This document shows, piece after piece, positions 28,992 to 42,279 of a stretch of 64,000 bases of DNA; the stretch's first letter is position 1; the number at the start of each line of letters is the position of its first letter. Where the stretch lies: the NCBI GenBank assembly GCA_951406725.2, contig OX597816.1, positions 61,938,001-62,002,000 on the forward strand, written 5' to 3'. A program made the position numbers and the translations under genes. A model generated the notes under the pieces. The model saw only the letters and a program-made list of their open reading frames with translations, made no database searches and was not told the origin of the DNA. Source of the stretch: Octopus vulgaris (Eukaryota).

Positions 28992-28993
<2 letters not shown>
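28592..28993 (+). mobile_element. retrozyme/PLE pLTR-like 355-bp unit with 47-bp terminal redundancy
   Basis: 28592-28638 repeats at 28947-28993 with one mismatch; contains an HHR; no real ORF; (TA)n on both sides. Confidence 0.8.
28735..28779 (+). ncRNA. type I minimal hammerhead ribozyme
   Basis: CGUACG-CUGAUGA-(weak stem II)-GAAA-CUGCAG-UC-CGUGCG; palindromic stem III; predicted cut after C28773. Confidence 0.75.
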
Positions 28994-29038
<45 letters not shown>

Positions 29039-29399
29039 TACATATGTGCGTGTGTATGTGTGTTTGTGTGCATATATGTATGTATGTACATTTACACACA
29101 CACACACACATGAGAATCATATGAAATATGTTCCTACACCCTTTTCTAGATGTCTGAATTTGAAAATAAGTTATTGCTGTATTTTGTAGTATTATTTCAG
29201 GCGTTGTTTTTCTGGCGTTGTTTTCTTATGAAAGTAATGGACTACCAATCATTGTTTATCATCTCACCGATACTTCATAATGTGTTGCTAAAACATTGCT
29301 CAACGATGAAATAAGTTACCAGTGGTGGTGTCATCCACATCATAATCTATGGACACTCACAAGTTGACGATCAGCTCGTGGGTATAGCAATACCGACTT

Positions 29400-30150
29400 C
29401 ATTTCTTCGTGTCTAAAATCTATCAAAAACAATACAGAAAATATAATACGCCGCCATAGCGAAACCACCGAATAAACACATAACATTCACAGGAAAAGGG
29501 TTAAATGCAAAAAGTCCTTCAGGAAAATATCACCACAAAAACAATCTCAAATATCAGCTTAATAAATGATCTAATCGATATAATCGATTATCGTGGGAAA
29601 TCTGTCTAGATTATAAATACAAACCTCTTCAAGTGAACTTATTACAAAATATAGTATGTTCAGAAAATACAATATGTAAAATGAAATCCTAAATATTCGA
29701 AAACCTATCCCTACTCAACGATATCGAACAGGGATTATATAATTTGAAAAATGAAATCACTTACTTTATGAGAATAAGTTATTGTAAACAAATACCAAAA
29801 TATTTCCACAGAGACATCAACAAGAAGCATGAAGCTAGATGACTCACGAACAACAAAATAATTTAAACATATTAGAATAGAACATGGCAAGCAATACTTT
29901 CAGCTCAATGCATTAGATGGAAAAATATAAGAATAATGCAATAACAACACGCGTGACCCTGCATAAGTTGTTCGGAATTCAGAAGCTCGATAAACATTGC
30001 AAACAAGTGGAAAATTCCAATATTGGACTGAAATCCCTAACATGTATTCATGTTTCTGTAACAAAAGCTTTCAATGAATTAATAAAGACACCAGAATTAA
30101 CAACAGGTTGTTTACTAGAAAGGTTATCAAAATTAGTATGGGGTTAGATA
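29400..30150 (+). pseudogene. old R4/Dong-like LINE relic (pre-RT region)
   Basis: LKSLTCIHVSVTKAFNELIKTPELTTG resembles the region just upstream of R4-type RT; boundaries uncertain. Confidence 0.4.
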
Positions 30151-30532
30151 AATATGCCGAAGCTATTGCAAGAGAAAGCAAATTAATGAAAATTGAAAGC
30201 ATTAAATTAGATCCAGATACTGCAATTAGAGAATTTATACAGCATCTCATATAAATACTTAAGAGGAGATGAAATTGATGAGATATAACATACAGAGATG
30301 AAGAAGAAAATTAGAAATTTTAATGTAGAAATGTCAGACTTGTATGAAATAGTGAGGCCAACAGAAGAAATATACATACATGCATGCATACATACATGCA
30401 TACATACATACATACATACATACATACATACATACATACATACATACATACATACATACGTATATATGTGTGTGTGTGTATATATATATCTATGTGTGTG
30501 TGTATATGTATATATATATATATGTGTGTATA

Positions 30533-30573
<41 letters not shown>

Positions 30574-30637
30574 ATTTTTTGCGTAATAAGATAAAAAAAC
30601 AAGGGTGTGTAGATATTAGAGCATTTATAGGTAGAAG

Positions 30638-30689
30638 GTCTTACGGCTGTTTCTAGGATACTTATTAATTACATCCCTTCATCGGAGAC
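30638..30689 (-). ncRNA. type I minimal hammerhead ribozyme in a ~220-bp PLE-tail-like fragment (30570-30790)
   Basis: Minus strand GUCU-CCGAUGA-AGGGAUGU...GUAUCCUA-GAAA-CAGCCG-UA-AGAC; the fragment is bounded by (TA)n on both sides. Confidence 0.7.
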
Positions 30690-30785
30690 GTTGTAAGAGG
30701 ATGATTAAGCCATAGTTAGTTTAGATGTCATACAAAATAGAGAGTGAGGTGGAGGAAAGAAAATAGATGCAAGATATGTATGGAT

Positions 30786-30837
<52 letters not shown>

Positions 30838-30838
<1 letters not shown>

Positions 30839-31236
30839 TCTTTTATTTTACTATTTTACTTGTTTCAGTCAGTTGACTGCGGCCATGCTAGAGCACCGCT
30901 TTTAGTCGAGCAACTCGATCCCGGGACTTATTCTTTGTAAGCCCAGTACATATTCTATCGGTCTCTTTTGCCGAACCGCTAAGTGACGGGGAAATCAACA
31001 CATCAGCATCGGTTGTCAAGCAATGATGCTAGGGGGACAAACACAGACACACAAACATACACACACATATATATACGACGGGCTTCTTTCAGTTTCCGTC
31101 CACCAAATCCACTCACAAGGCTTTGGTCGACCCGAGGCTATAGAAGAAGACACTTGCCCAAGGTACCACGCAGTGGGACTGAACCCGGAACCATGTGGTA
31201 GGTAAGCAAGCTACTTACCACACAGCCACTGCTGCG

Positions 31237-31240
<4 letters not shown>
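30838..31240 (-). mobile_element. family B SINE, full length
   Basis: Complete head, CORE-like domain, microsatellite and tail. Confidence 0.9.
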
Positions 31241-31287
<47 letters not shown>

Positions 31288-31288
<1 letters not shown>

Positions 31289-31511
31289 TGAGACCCCTTT
31301 CGGTCATGACTGACCGTGGGATTGCGCCTAGAAAGTCATCCTCCCAGACACAAGTCCGGGCAAGGTTGTTTATGGAAGACCAACAGTCACCCATACTTAC
31401 CGGTCTCTCCTCTCCACGCCACCAGTGTTATCCAAGGGAAAGGCAACAGCAGATACAGATTGGCACCTGTGACATCGCAACTCATTTCTACAGCTGAGTG
31501 AACTGGAGCAA

Positions 31512-31513
<2 letters not shown>
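31288..31513 (-). mobile_element. SINE-like repeat fragment inserted in (TA)n
   Basis: GC-richer 225-bp block between (TA)n tracts, containing CATTTCTACAGCTGAGTGAACTGGAGCAAC. Confidence 0.5.
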
Positions 31514-31551
<38 letters not shown>

Positions 31552-33516
31552 TAGCTATTAAAGTTAGATAGTACGATTTAGTATAATAATTTCGAAGTTC
31601 AGTGAATTAAAGATTTAATGGGAAACAAGAAAACTATTCATAGCTTTTCGATCCCATAATATATACAGAAGTCATTGTACAAACAATATACCCACTCACC
31701 TCATTGGTTAAATGGTTTGATATATATAAAGAATTATTAAAAGTTAACACCAGAAAAATATTTAGTAACAAATAAAACGAAGTGTATTTCTTTTACGAGA
31801 GTAAATGATCAAAATAAAAGAAAAAGAAAATATAATCCCGCCATACATAGAAACAGTAAAGTACATATGAAAAACTATCTGCTGCGAGGAAAAATGTTTA
31901 GATGAAGAAAAAGGCAAAAACACAGAAATAAAAAAATCAAAGTGAATTCTCAAGATATACTAAAGGAGAAAAACGAAGACTACAACCCTTCTATGATGTA
32001 AATTATATAAGATTCAGAATAGAAGCCTGGTTGCAAGCCAATGATGGCCTGGTAGTAGAAATAGATGAACTATGAGCATTTCGTGATAATTTGAACTGGC
32101 ATATGTCCTACTTTATACCTTAGTTCGAGAGTTTGTCAACTTTGAACTAATTTTCTGATCTAAACAGGAAGTTTTGATTTAGTCATCTTTGAGCTTGTAC
32201 CTTTGAACTAGTATCTGTTCTAGTCTAAACAAAATGCTAACATTTTATGAATTTTGAACTAGTATCTTTAAAGGAGTATAGGTTTTAATGTAAACAGTAT
32301 GTTGAGATGTTGTCAGTTTTGAACTAATAACCTTGAACTAGTATCTAATATGTCGAGTTAAAACTTGTCAGGTTAAAAGTTTTATTTTTACCTTAACAGT
32401 ACATTGGTGTAAGCAGTCTGATGTTTCCTCAATTTCTAAATATATCACAAAAAAAAAAAAACAAAGAAAAATTATGATGCCTCTTTTAACGTTTGATATT
32501 ATACGCTACATTGATCAAGAACAAATTCTCTGAACAAAGCTTTTTCTTTTTCTCTCTACCAAACTTTTCTTATATTACTATCACTAATTTGACGACTGGG
32601 AATAAATATTGATTTTGTTTTTGAATTGTAACAAACAACTAAGTTCTAACACCAAAATCATAACAAATAAAAATTAGTTTGCAATTATGTTGTCTCCTGC
32701 GGATCAATACGTAGTGGAAAAACTGGTACATTTTGAACTAGTTGTAAACTCTGTATTTATTAATTTATTTCTTCCAAGAATCTTCTTCTAAGACTCAGTT
32801 AGGCTTTCAGATTGTTTTTCATTTTCGTTTTAGTACTTCCTCTTCTCTCTAACTTTGATTTCCTATAATCCTTTATCATAATATATAATATGAAATCTTG
32901 AAACTTTTTTGAAATGTACTTAACTATTTTCTCTACAGCATTAAGTTACTTCCGACTAAGTGCTTACCATCTTGCCTGGGAGAGAAAACAACAATGAAGA
33001 TAATTACTTGATTTGGAGATCGGGAATAAATTCAAAATGCAGTTATTAAAAGTTGCTTTCTTAGGCGATTTATTGATTAAAAAAGAGAACGTCTTAAGAT
33101 TCCATGCACATTTCAAGACTGCAATTTACGTCAATACTTGTGTTGTCACATCGTGACACAACTGTAATTGTTCAGAATATAAAGAATGTTGGCAAAGAAA
33201 ACAATAAAACATTTGACAGACGTTTAACTACGACAGAGAAATGTTAATAAAGAAGGAACAGGAGAAAAAGAAAGGAAAGGGAAATGGGGGGAAATAGTGA
33301 AATAGAAAGAAAGAAATGAAGGAATTTGGGGGTAGAGGAGAGAAGATTTTTCTGCAAATTCTGTGCACAATTATTCGAATTGGCAAATTTCAATATGTTG
33401 ATAATTTCTCAAATTTTAATTCAAATGACTGTGTGATAAAAGACGGCAGAAAATCCCAAATCAAACATTTTCAGATTACAGAATGGAGTAGCTTCAATAG
33501 TAATTGTTGTTGTGGC

Positions 33517-33625
<109 letters not shown>

Positions 33626-33971
33626 CATTATTATCATTATCATCGGCGGTGTCGTCCTTATTGATGCAGATTCAATAAGTTTTAAACAACAAGTTTAACT
33701 ACATGATGTTGTTATCCATTAATTTACGCAAAGTTACCGCCAGAAATGAAATCAAATCGATAAACATTGCAGAACATAATTAATATAAGAGAAAGATGTA
33801 GGCAGAGGTACTGTGGCTAAGAATTTTCCTTCGCATTTACGTGGTGACGTGTTCAACCATATTCCACGAATGTCTTTCGCAATAGAATCGGGTCGATCGA
33901 TAATGATTTGTAAGTTCGTACAAGATATTAAGTAGCTCCCGTACTATATACGAATATAGAGTGACTATATT

Positions 33972-34660
<689 letters not shown>

Positions 34661-34989
34661 CATAGACACACGAGTCTGCAAACGTACGTGTATGAATAGA
34701 ACAACATGTCTGCGCGCTCTCGCGTGTATATATGAATATATAAATATGTTATAGAGCATGTATGCCGATGTAAACATTGGCAAAAACACACCTTTAGTTC
34801 ATATAAGTAATCTCTATCATTATATATAAGTTAAACATTAATTTTCTTTTATATTTAACATTTCTATAGGCTACATCTGACGTTATATCATATAACGCTT
34901 TTTCAAACAATATTAATAACGTTCAGTAAATCACTATACATATCCATAATTTTCTGTTAAAATGTCTTATTGACGAGTTTCATTTCTTC

Positions 34990-35077
34990 ACTTCCCTGAA
35001 GAGAAGATTACATTGTTTTACACTATTTATTCCTTTGGAATAATATCAGTGAAATCTTCGAAACATGTGTCGGAAGT
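34990..35077 (+). ncRNA. type I hammerhead ribozyme with extended stem II
   Basis: ACUUCC-CUGAAGA-GAAGAUU...AAUCUUC-GAAA-CAUGUG-UC-GGAAGU; predicted cut after C35071; same family as 21175-21260; the element ends at (TA)n near 35119. Confidence 0.85.
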
Positions 35078-35112
35078 AAAAGTATTTGAATTATACCTGC
35101 GTTAAACTCCAC

Positions 35113-35154
<42 letters not shown>

Positions 35155-35834
35155 ATATGTGTGCTTATGAAAAGCACTTCTAGGTTCCGCAACATAGCGG
35201 TGCAATAAATAGCATGAGATAAAATAAGAGCTAGACGGAACTAAGCGGTGAGGATAAATACACTCGGAGAAAATTCCCGAAGGTAGTACTCTAATATTGC
35301 TGCAGTTCAATAACTGGAACAACTAAAAGGGGGAGATTAAAATAAAACAAAATTGCGTTTTCTAATAATGCGTTTATTACTCATTGGTGCAGTTTAAGCT
35401 TTTTATCTGAAAGAAGCTGTTATTGAAAAAAAATATTTTCGTTGAAAATCACTAATAAAATAAAGTGTCGAATTTTATCCCGTATTTCCAACAGTAAAAT
35501 TAATTAGAAAACGAATAGATTTCTCTCTTGCGTTAATTATAATCCATACCCTGGGTGACATGATACCAAAAGATTGCGGGAAATCTATTTGCCAATAAGC
35601 ATCTCAACGACTTGATTAATATGTAATTAATTATAATACGTCAGATTATGAAATAGATTTGAATTACAAATTCTACGTAGCCGTCCAATTTGTTAGATAT
35701 AACAGTCAAATCTCCCTCACATCAAACTCATATGTCTCCAAAACCATAGGATTTTGATGGTCAGATGCTTACGATGTTGAGATTCCTCTATTAAGGTTGA
35801 CCTGGGGTTAAACTACAAGTATCTTTTTCCTTCT

Positions 35835-36322
35835 TCTTCTACTTGTTTCAGCTATTGGACTGCGGCCATAATGTAGCACTTCCTTGAAGGGTTTAGTCGA
35901 ACAAATCGACCATAGTACTAATCTGTAAGTCGGGTACTTATTCTATCATTCTATTTTGCTGAACGGCTAAGTTATGGGCAGGTAAACTCCCCAACACTGG
36001 CTTTCAGGCTGTAGTGGGTAACAAACCTCCACACACAACACTCACTCTCTCCTCATTCAGTCTCTCCTCCCCTATCTCTCTTTCTCTCCCCTCTTTCCCT
36101 CTCTCTCTCCTCCCTCTCTCTCTACATTCTCCCTCTTTCTCCTTCTCACACATACGCACGGGCACACACATTTATATACGACGATTTTTTTTTCAGTTCC
36201 CGTCCAGTAAATACACTCACAAGGCTTTGGTTGGCTCGGGGCTATAGCAGAAGGCACCCAAAGTGGGGTCGAACCCAAGCCCGCATAGTTGGGAAACAAG
36301 CATCTTAACCATACTGCCATTC
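35835..36322 (-). mobile_element. older family B SINE
   Basis: Diverged match to 30838-31240. Confidence 0.7.
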
Positions 36323-37405
36323 CATTTACCGACCCATTCATCATACTCTATTTCTCAATCCTTTGCCATTGCATTTATACATGGATGCATGTCTTTCTCT
36401 ATATGTCTCTATCTCTTCTCATGCACATATACACACAAACCCGTCCACACATGTGTACTCAAACGTATTAACTGAAGGAATCAAAATGTGCAATATACTC
36501 AAGTTACTGGTATTTCTTCATGTGGGTCTTCAGCCCGATCTGAAGTACAACCCGCTTCATATTATGTGATTATAATAACGAGTGTAAACAATTCCCAGCT
36601 AGTCATAAAAAAAATATTATTGATTATTAGTAATTATGTTTCATAACTTGGTGTTATTTTTTATAATTATGTGGTTCTATACAATTATGACTATTATTAA
36701 AGCGGCTGCAGAAGTTTTAAATGACGTCTTGAAAGATCAATGATAATGTAATTTTTTTTATTATTTCTTCTACAATATGACTCTTAACATCTATCAAAGT
36801 CACTCATAAACTTTAGGTCATATCATATAAACATTTGTTATTGTTTTTATGCTGAAGTAATCCCCGTAATACTACAAATCGAAGTCTAAAATATGTAGAC
36901 ATTGCATTCGTGTATAAATACATCTTCATTAGATATAGATACGTAACTTCATATTTATGCACACACGCGCGCATATATGTATATGTGTGGGTGGGTGTAT
37001 ACACACATACATCCATATATACATAGATGTATAATACACAAACCACTATAAATTAGCAAGATGGGGGACGTTTCTGCTAATACTAGATAATAAATGACGC
37101 AAAAGAGATGGGAAATACTTATTAAAAAGAAAAATAAGAATTTATTAATAAACATATATACTCTCAGAGATATTTTTCTACTGAATCTGTAAACTCATAA
37201 ACGAAAAATATATATCATAATATGACGAAAAATGCAAATATTCCCGTGCTGAATAAATATTATTAGAACTTCTTAATACATGTGGTGTTTTTAAAGGTAA
37301 AACAAATTTGCTTCAGTTTTATTTCTTTTCAATTAAGTTAGGAAACTGAAAATTTATCCAATATATTTTTACCTTTTTACTCGAGTTAGTTTCCCACCCC
37401 GGAAT

Positions 37406-37669
37406 ATGTCGGGTGCAGCTGTGCATTGTTAACCAGATAGACATGTCGTCTTGGGGTTTCAAAATAGCAGTAAAGTCCGTTCGAACGGACATAAATGTTG
37501 AAGTGGCTACGAACATTACTTGTTAGTGCAACTACTGCGTTTATCTCAAAGAGAGATAGATTTTATAACAAACATGGATGTCCGTTCGAACTGACTTTAC
37601 TGCTATTCTTTAATCCCGAGACGATATCTCCTCCACCTGGTTAACAATACACAGCTGCATTCGAGACAT
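37406..37669. repeat. imperfect inverted repeat (~95-bp arms) adjoining a degenerate HHR (37714-37762, minus)
   Basis: 37406-37499 pairs with 37571-37669; nearby minus strand reads CUAAAGA-GAGGC..GCCC-GAAA-CCAGA-UUA. Confidence 0.6.
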
Positions 37670-37859
37670 TACAACCAGGGGAGCGAACCCCTACCATATT
37701 CTAGCGACGGAACCAGCGGACTAATCTGGTTTCGGGCTATATCTGCCTCTCTTTAGTACTGGACACCTCGTCTGCTAGAGATCATATATACGTATATTTG
37801 TGCGTGTGTGTATATATTCGTGATTTTTTTTTCTTGTAGTTTTCTATTACTGGTAGTTC

Positions 37860-38100
37860 TGTAAACGTAGAAACCTAGTATTCCAAGCTACAGTTGAAGC
37901 CGAAGGTAAATATTTCTACTATGGTGGAGCCACAACGTGTTACGTGAAATCTCGTATTGCTAACCATGAAGCTTCTTTGGTTCTAAATAATCCTCTGCTC
38001 TAAAGATCACCAGCCAAGGCATGCTCGTTGTGCCTAGATGAAACGTATCACATTCTATTTTCTAAGTACAATCTCGTAAATGATAAATCCGAAAAAAATT
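37860..38100 (+). pseudogene. decayed PLE GIY-YIG endonuclease
   Basis: CKRRNLVFQATVEAEGKYFYYGGATTCYVKSRIANHEAS followed by CSLCLDETYHIL...NLVNDKSE, matching the VYxATV...YIG...RxxNH...CxLCLxE...LNKRSE pattern of PLE C-termini. Confidence 0.65.
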
Positions 38101-38964
38101 ACCGATGTTTATATGTACATAATTATACTTTTTCTAAATGTATATACTTATATAATTGTTTTCGAATACATATTATTTCACTATCTTATAATAATAACAC
38201 AATGCATTGGGTATAATTACAACACTATATTTATATATAAACATAACCTATTCCGATGATGCATACACTCCGTCCTAATCACATCTTTGATAAAAATCTT
38301 ACTGTTTAATTATTAGTATTTATAATACCATCTACATATTATTCAAAAAACATTTTTTCTTATTGGACGCATAATTATAACCCCCACAGTCCTTAATTAA
38401 CCCTTAATATTAGCATTTTTAATTATGAACTTTATATTTAATTCCAAACTTATCATAATACAATAATATAATATCCCCTCCATTGCTAATCCCCAAACCA
38501 TAGCTCCTGTTTTTATTTCCATTGATTTAACTCACCTATATTCAATTTGTATTTAAACTCTAAAACTTAATACCAAATTCTATTATCAATTTATTCTTAA
38601 TTCTATGCAACAATATATATCCTGTTCTTGGTCAATTCCAATATTTTTTCCTCCATATCAATATATATACAAACATTGAAATTGTAAATTGTATATTAGT
38701 TCTCAGCAGCATATTCAATATTCCATCAGTTAAAATTTTCCATATTATGGATACCCATATAGCCCACATTTTAAACCCATGACATTAGCACGCTTATTTA
38801 TTAAAACAATGATCACTTAAACCATATATAATACCCTAATATAAATATAAATTTAATCCATTGATCTCTCATATTTGAAATTATAACATTCAAAAGATCT
38901 AATATCAAATTTATCCCGACTTTATAATACTATAATATATAATACTTATTTCATTGTCAGAAGG

Positions 38965-39014
<50 letters not shown>

Positions 39015-39960
39015 GAAGGGAGATTACTGGTTATTACTATTATAACCTACATCACATTTAAAAATTTTTTGACATAAAAATATACATTCTTCTCACAAGT
39101 AAGTCCTATATAGTCTTTTTACATAATGCTTTTTCTTAGAACAACGGAAAATATATCTTAGTTCGTTGAAATCCCAAATGATAACAATAATTATAACTTT
39201 TCTCCGAATAACTTTCTAAAAACAATATCGTAGTATAATAGAAACAAATTGTTTTCCCGTCTCTTTTATTTCTGAATCTATTTTTCGTATCTTATCCCCC
39301 ACATAAAAAATTATATATGTTTTTATCCCACTTTTCTCCCATTTCATCTCTTTTCGTTATTTCTCTCCCTCATAAAATTACTTTTCACTTACGTATTTTT
39401 TTCAACATAAATATTTATATTCATCTCCGTATTATGTAAACAATAACTTTTCTCTGAATGTATATATTAGTACATTGAAACTATAAATAATTAATAGTTA
39501 TTATAATATATATGAAGTTATTTTTCTCTTTTATTTCTCAAAATCATTTATGTTTTTCCCCTGAAAAATCTATTTCATCTCATTCTGTCTTTAATACCCT
39601 TAACAGCCCATAACATCCCATATTATAATTAAATATCTTCTTTATGTCCGTCAATCCATTATATGTATATTTTTATAATACATTATAGTATTTTAACAAA
39701 TTTTCAATGTATAATATCTCCTCACATGAACTCGGCATTTAATAAATTATTGTTTACGTTTGAATATTTGAAAACACTGTCCTCACCTCAGCTTATTTCG
39801 TTGTTCAACACCTGAAAGTACACATCTATCCCTCTCTTCAACAAGTAAAGAGAGGGTAAGAGAAGATGGTCATTCTGAGGCAACGTGTTTCAGCACTTCT
39901 TATCGAAATCTTTAATCGCTCTATCAGTTTGTATTTCAATGTATAGTTACTCGTGGAATA

Positions 39961-40263
39961 GTGGAGGCACAGGGCCTAGTGGTTAGAGCAGCGGGCTCGG
40001 GGTCGAGGGATCGCGGGTTCGAATCTCAGACCTGGCGATGTGTGTGTTTATGAGCGAAACACCTAAGCTCCACGTGGCTCCGGCAGAAGGTAATGGCGAA
40101 CTTCTGCTGACTCTTTCGCCACAACCTTCTCTCACTCTTTCCTCCTGCATCTTGCAGTTCACCTGCGACAGACTGGCGTCCCGTCCAGGTGGGGTACCTA
40201 TACGCCAAGGAAACCGGGAAACCGGCCCCTATGAGCCAGGCGTGGCTCCAGAAGGAACAAACT
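39961..40263 (+). mobile_element. tRNA-derived SINE with V-domain-like segment (family C), full length
   Basis: A box GGCCTAGTGGTTAG, B box GGTTCGAATC, anticodon-like CTCG, then CCTGCGACAGACTGGCGTCCCGTCCAGG resembling the V-SINE domain. Confidence 0.75.
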
Positions 40264-41256
40264 TAATCGTGGAATAAATCGTCCGAATAGCTGCTCTGTT
40301 GTTATACTTTAAACATCTTTAGTGTACTTTCATTAACGGCGTGCGTCTCTTTCACTTTTTAAATAAATCCTTATATAGTTCACACAAAGCCAGGTTTACC
40401 GGAAACTTATCCGTCTACACCACACACCCACACACTCATGCTTCATCTTTTATTCTTGATAACTAGAAGCAGAACAGTTAACTACATGATCATCAGTAAT
40501 TATCTGATACTTTCTTTAATTATCGACCCCAGAGTAATAAAAAATAAAGTTGCGCCCCGTTGGATTTGAACTCAGAATATTAAATTTAACATCAAATATC
40601 TCAAGGCATTTTCCCGTTGTTCAAACGATTCTGACATTCCAACGTAACTGAATCAATAAGCGTCATACATTGGTTACATCCTATATAAAACGTTCAATAT
40701 TAATCTATTTTCATGAAATGTTTATTCAAGAAAATGGGAAAACATTAAATTTGACATGGAAACGCACGTTTATATTAAATATGAAATAAAATTTCCGCAT
40801 ACATGCCAGAGAGTAAATTTATGATGAGAAATAAATATTTTGCAGAATACGTATGTAAACAGTATATTTATATAAACACACATATATGTGCATGTATGCG
40901 TTTGTTTGCATGTATGAATGTACGTACGTGTGTATGTGTTTGTGCATGTACGTAGGTATGTATGTATATGTGTATATATATGAGTGTATCTATGTGGGTG
41001 TTTATATATATAAAATGACACGTGACCAGCGGCTATCTTTCTTTCTTCTTGCACTACAAGAGACGGCACTCATTTTTGCCTGTCTCCTGTCAAAGCTTGT
41101 TTCTCCAACATTCACCATTTCACCTCGTTATGACTTAACATTCCTTACCATTTGTTTTTTCTGTTTTGTTCTTACTGTCCTGTTTTTGTTACCACTTTAA
41201 CCCTCTGCAAATTCCAAATTTTATTTAATTTGTTTTGCGGGAACGACTGTTTTAGC

Positions 41257-41325
41257 GAAGACGCGTCTTGTCCCAAGCGTACGAACGCAGAGTAGATAAA
41301 ACAGGGGACAACTGATGACGGGATT
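41257..41325 (+). ncRNA. type II-like hammerhead ribozyme motif
   Basis: GAAGA-CGCG-UC-UUGUCCC-(30 nt)-GGGACAA-CUGAUGA; perfect 7-bp stem I, but GAAA is interrupted and stem II is not evident. Confidence 0.5.
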
Positions 41326-41570
41326 ATTCTTTATGTTGGCCGTCTCGTCTCTCTATTTGTTTCTTTCGTTGTCCAAAATATGTTTTTTTCATGTTCTCGT
41401 TTGTCATGTTCACGTCTTTTCGACGCCCTGTACCCATATATGCATGTGTATATACATATATATGTAGGTATGTACATATAGATATGCATGTAGATATGCA
41501 TATTTTGTTTTTTTTTTCAGCTCAGAGCTGCGGCCATGCTGATGCACCGCCGTTATGTTTATATGTTATT

Positions 41571-41613
<43 letters not shown>

Positions 41614-41617
<4 letters not shown>

Positions 41618-42003
41618 TAAAAAGAATTCCAACCTTGTCTGATTTTCACGTTTTATTTACAATCTTATAATGATATATTATAAGATAATATATTATAATT
41701 GAATAAAATAAAATGAAATAGTAGAATGTTAAATATTCATTCTGATTGAACTAGTACTTTCATGCATTGAATTCTGCAATCTTCGGGTTCATGTAGTAGT
41801 GTTGACAGTCATGCTTCACAATTTTTGACTGTAGCAAGATGAGTGATTCTGTGCCATAAATACAGCTGGGTAGGCTCCAGAGTGCTAGGTTTTGCAAACT
41901 GTATTCTGACCAATCAGTGTGTAGTATCACTCAATTACTTAAGCTGATTGGTTGGTTGAGCTGATTGGTTTAGGCATCACGCTTTGTTGGACAGGTCAAG
42001 AGT
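41614..42003 (-). repeat. 3' pseudo-LTR
   Basis: Identical by eye to 45881-46270 (offset 4267). Confidence 0.95.
41747..41791 (-). ncRNA. minimal type I hammerhead ribozyme (3' pLTR copy)
   Basis: Minus strand UGAAC-CCGAAGA-UUGCA-gaauucaa-UGCAU-GAAA-GUAC-UA-GUUCA; palindromic stem III AGUACU; U4C core variant. Confidence 0.8.
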
Positions 42004-42279
42004 CCTGTATCTTGACCCTGGCCGAAGCAGCAATTGTTGGGTTATTTTTAGAAATGTTGTAAATATCCTTTGTCAGAGATTTTTATATTTTTATATTTCA
42101 ATTGTCATCATCATCATTGTCAGCACCTTAATTATTGTTGCTAGTGGTGATGGTGGTGGCAATAGAACTTTTAACCCTAAATAAGATAATTTTCCTGCTA
42201 TCTTCGTCTTGATCACCTTTAGTATTGTTGTTGTTGTTAGTGGTCATGGTCGTAGCAGTGGAAGTAATACCTCTAAGTA

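Noticed and set aside
39961-40035. Possible tRNA gene
   Set aside because: No proper acceptor stem or T-run terminator; it continues into a SINE body found twice in the window.
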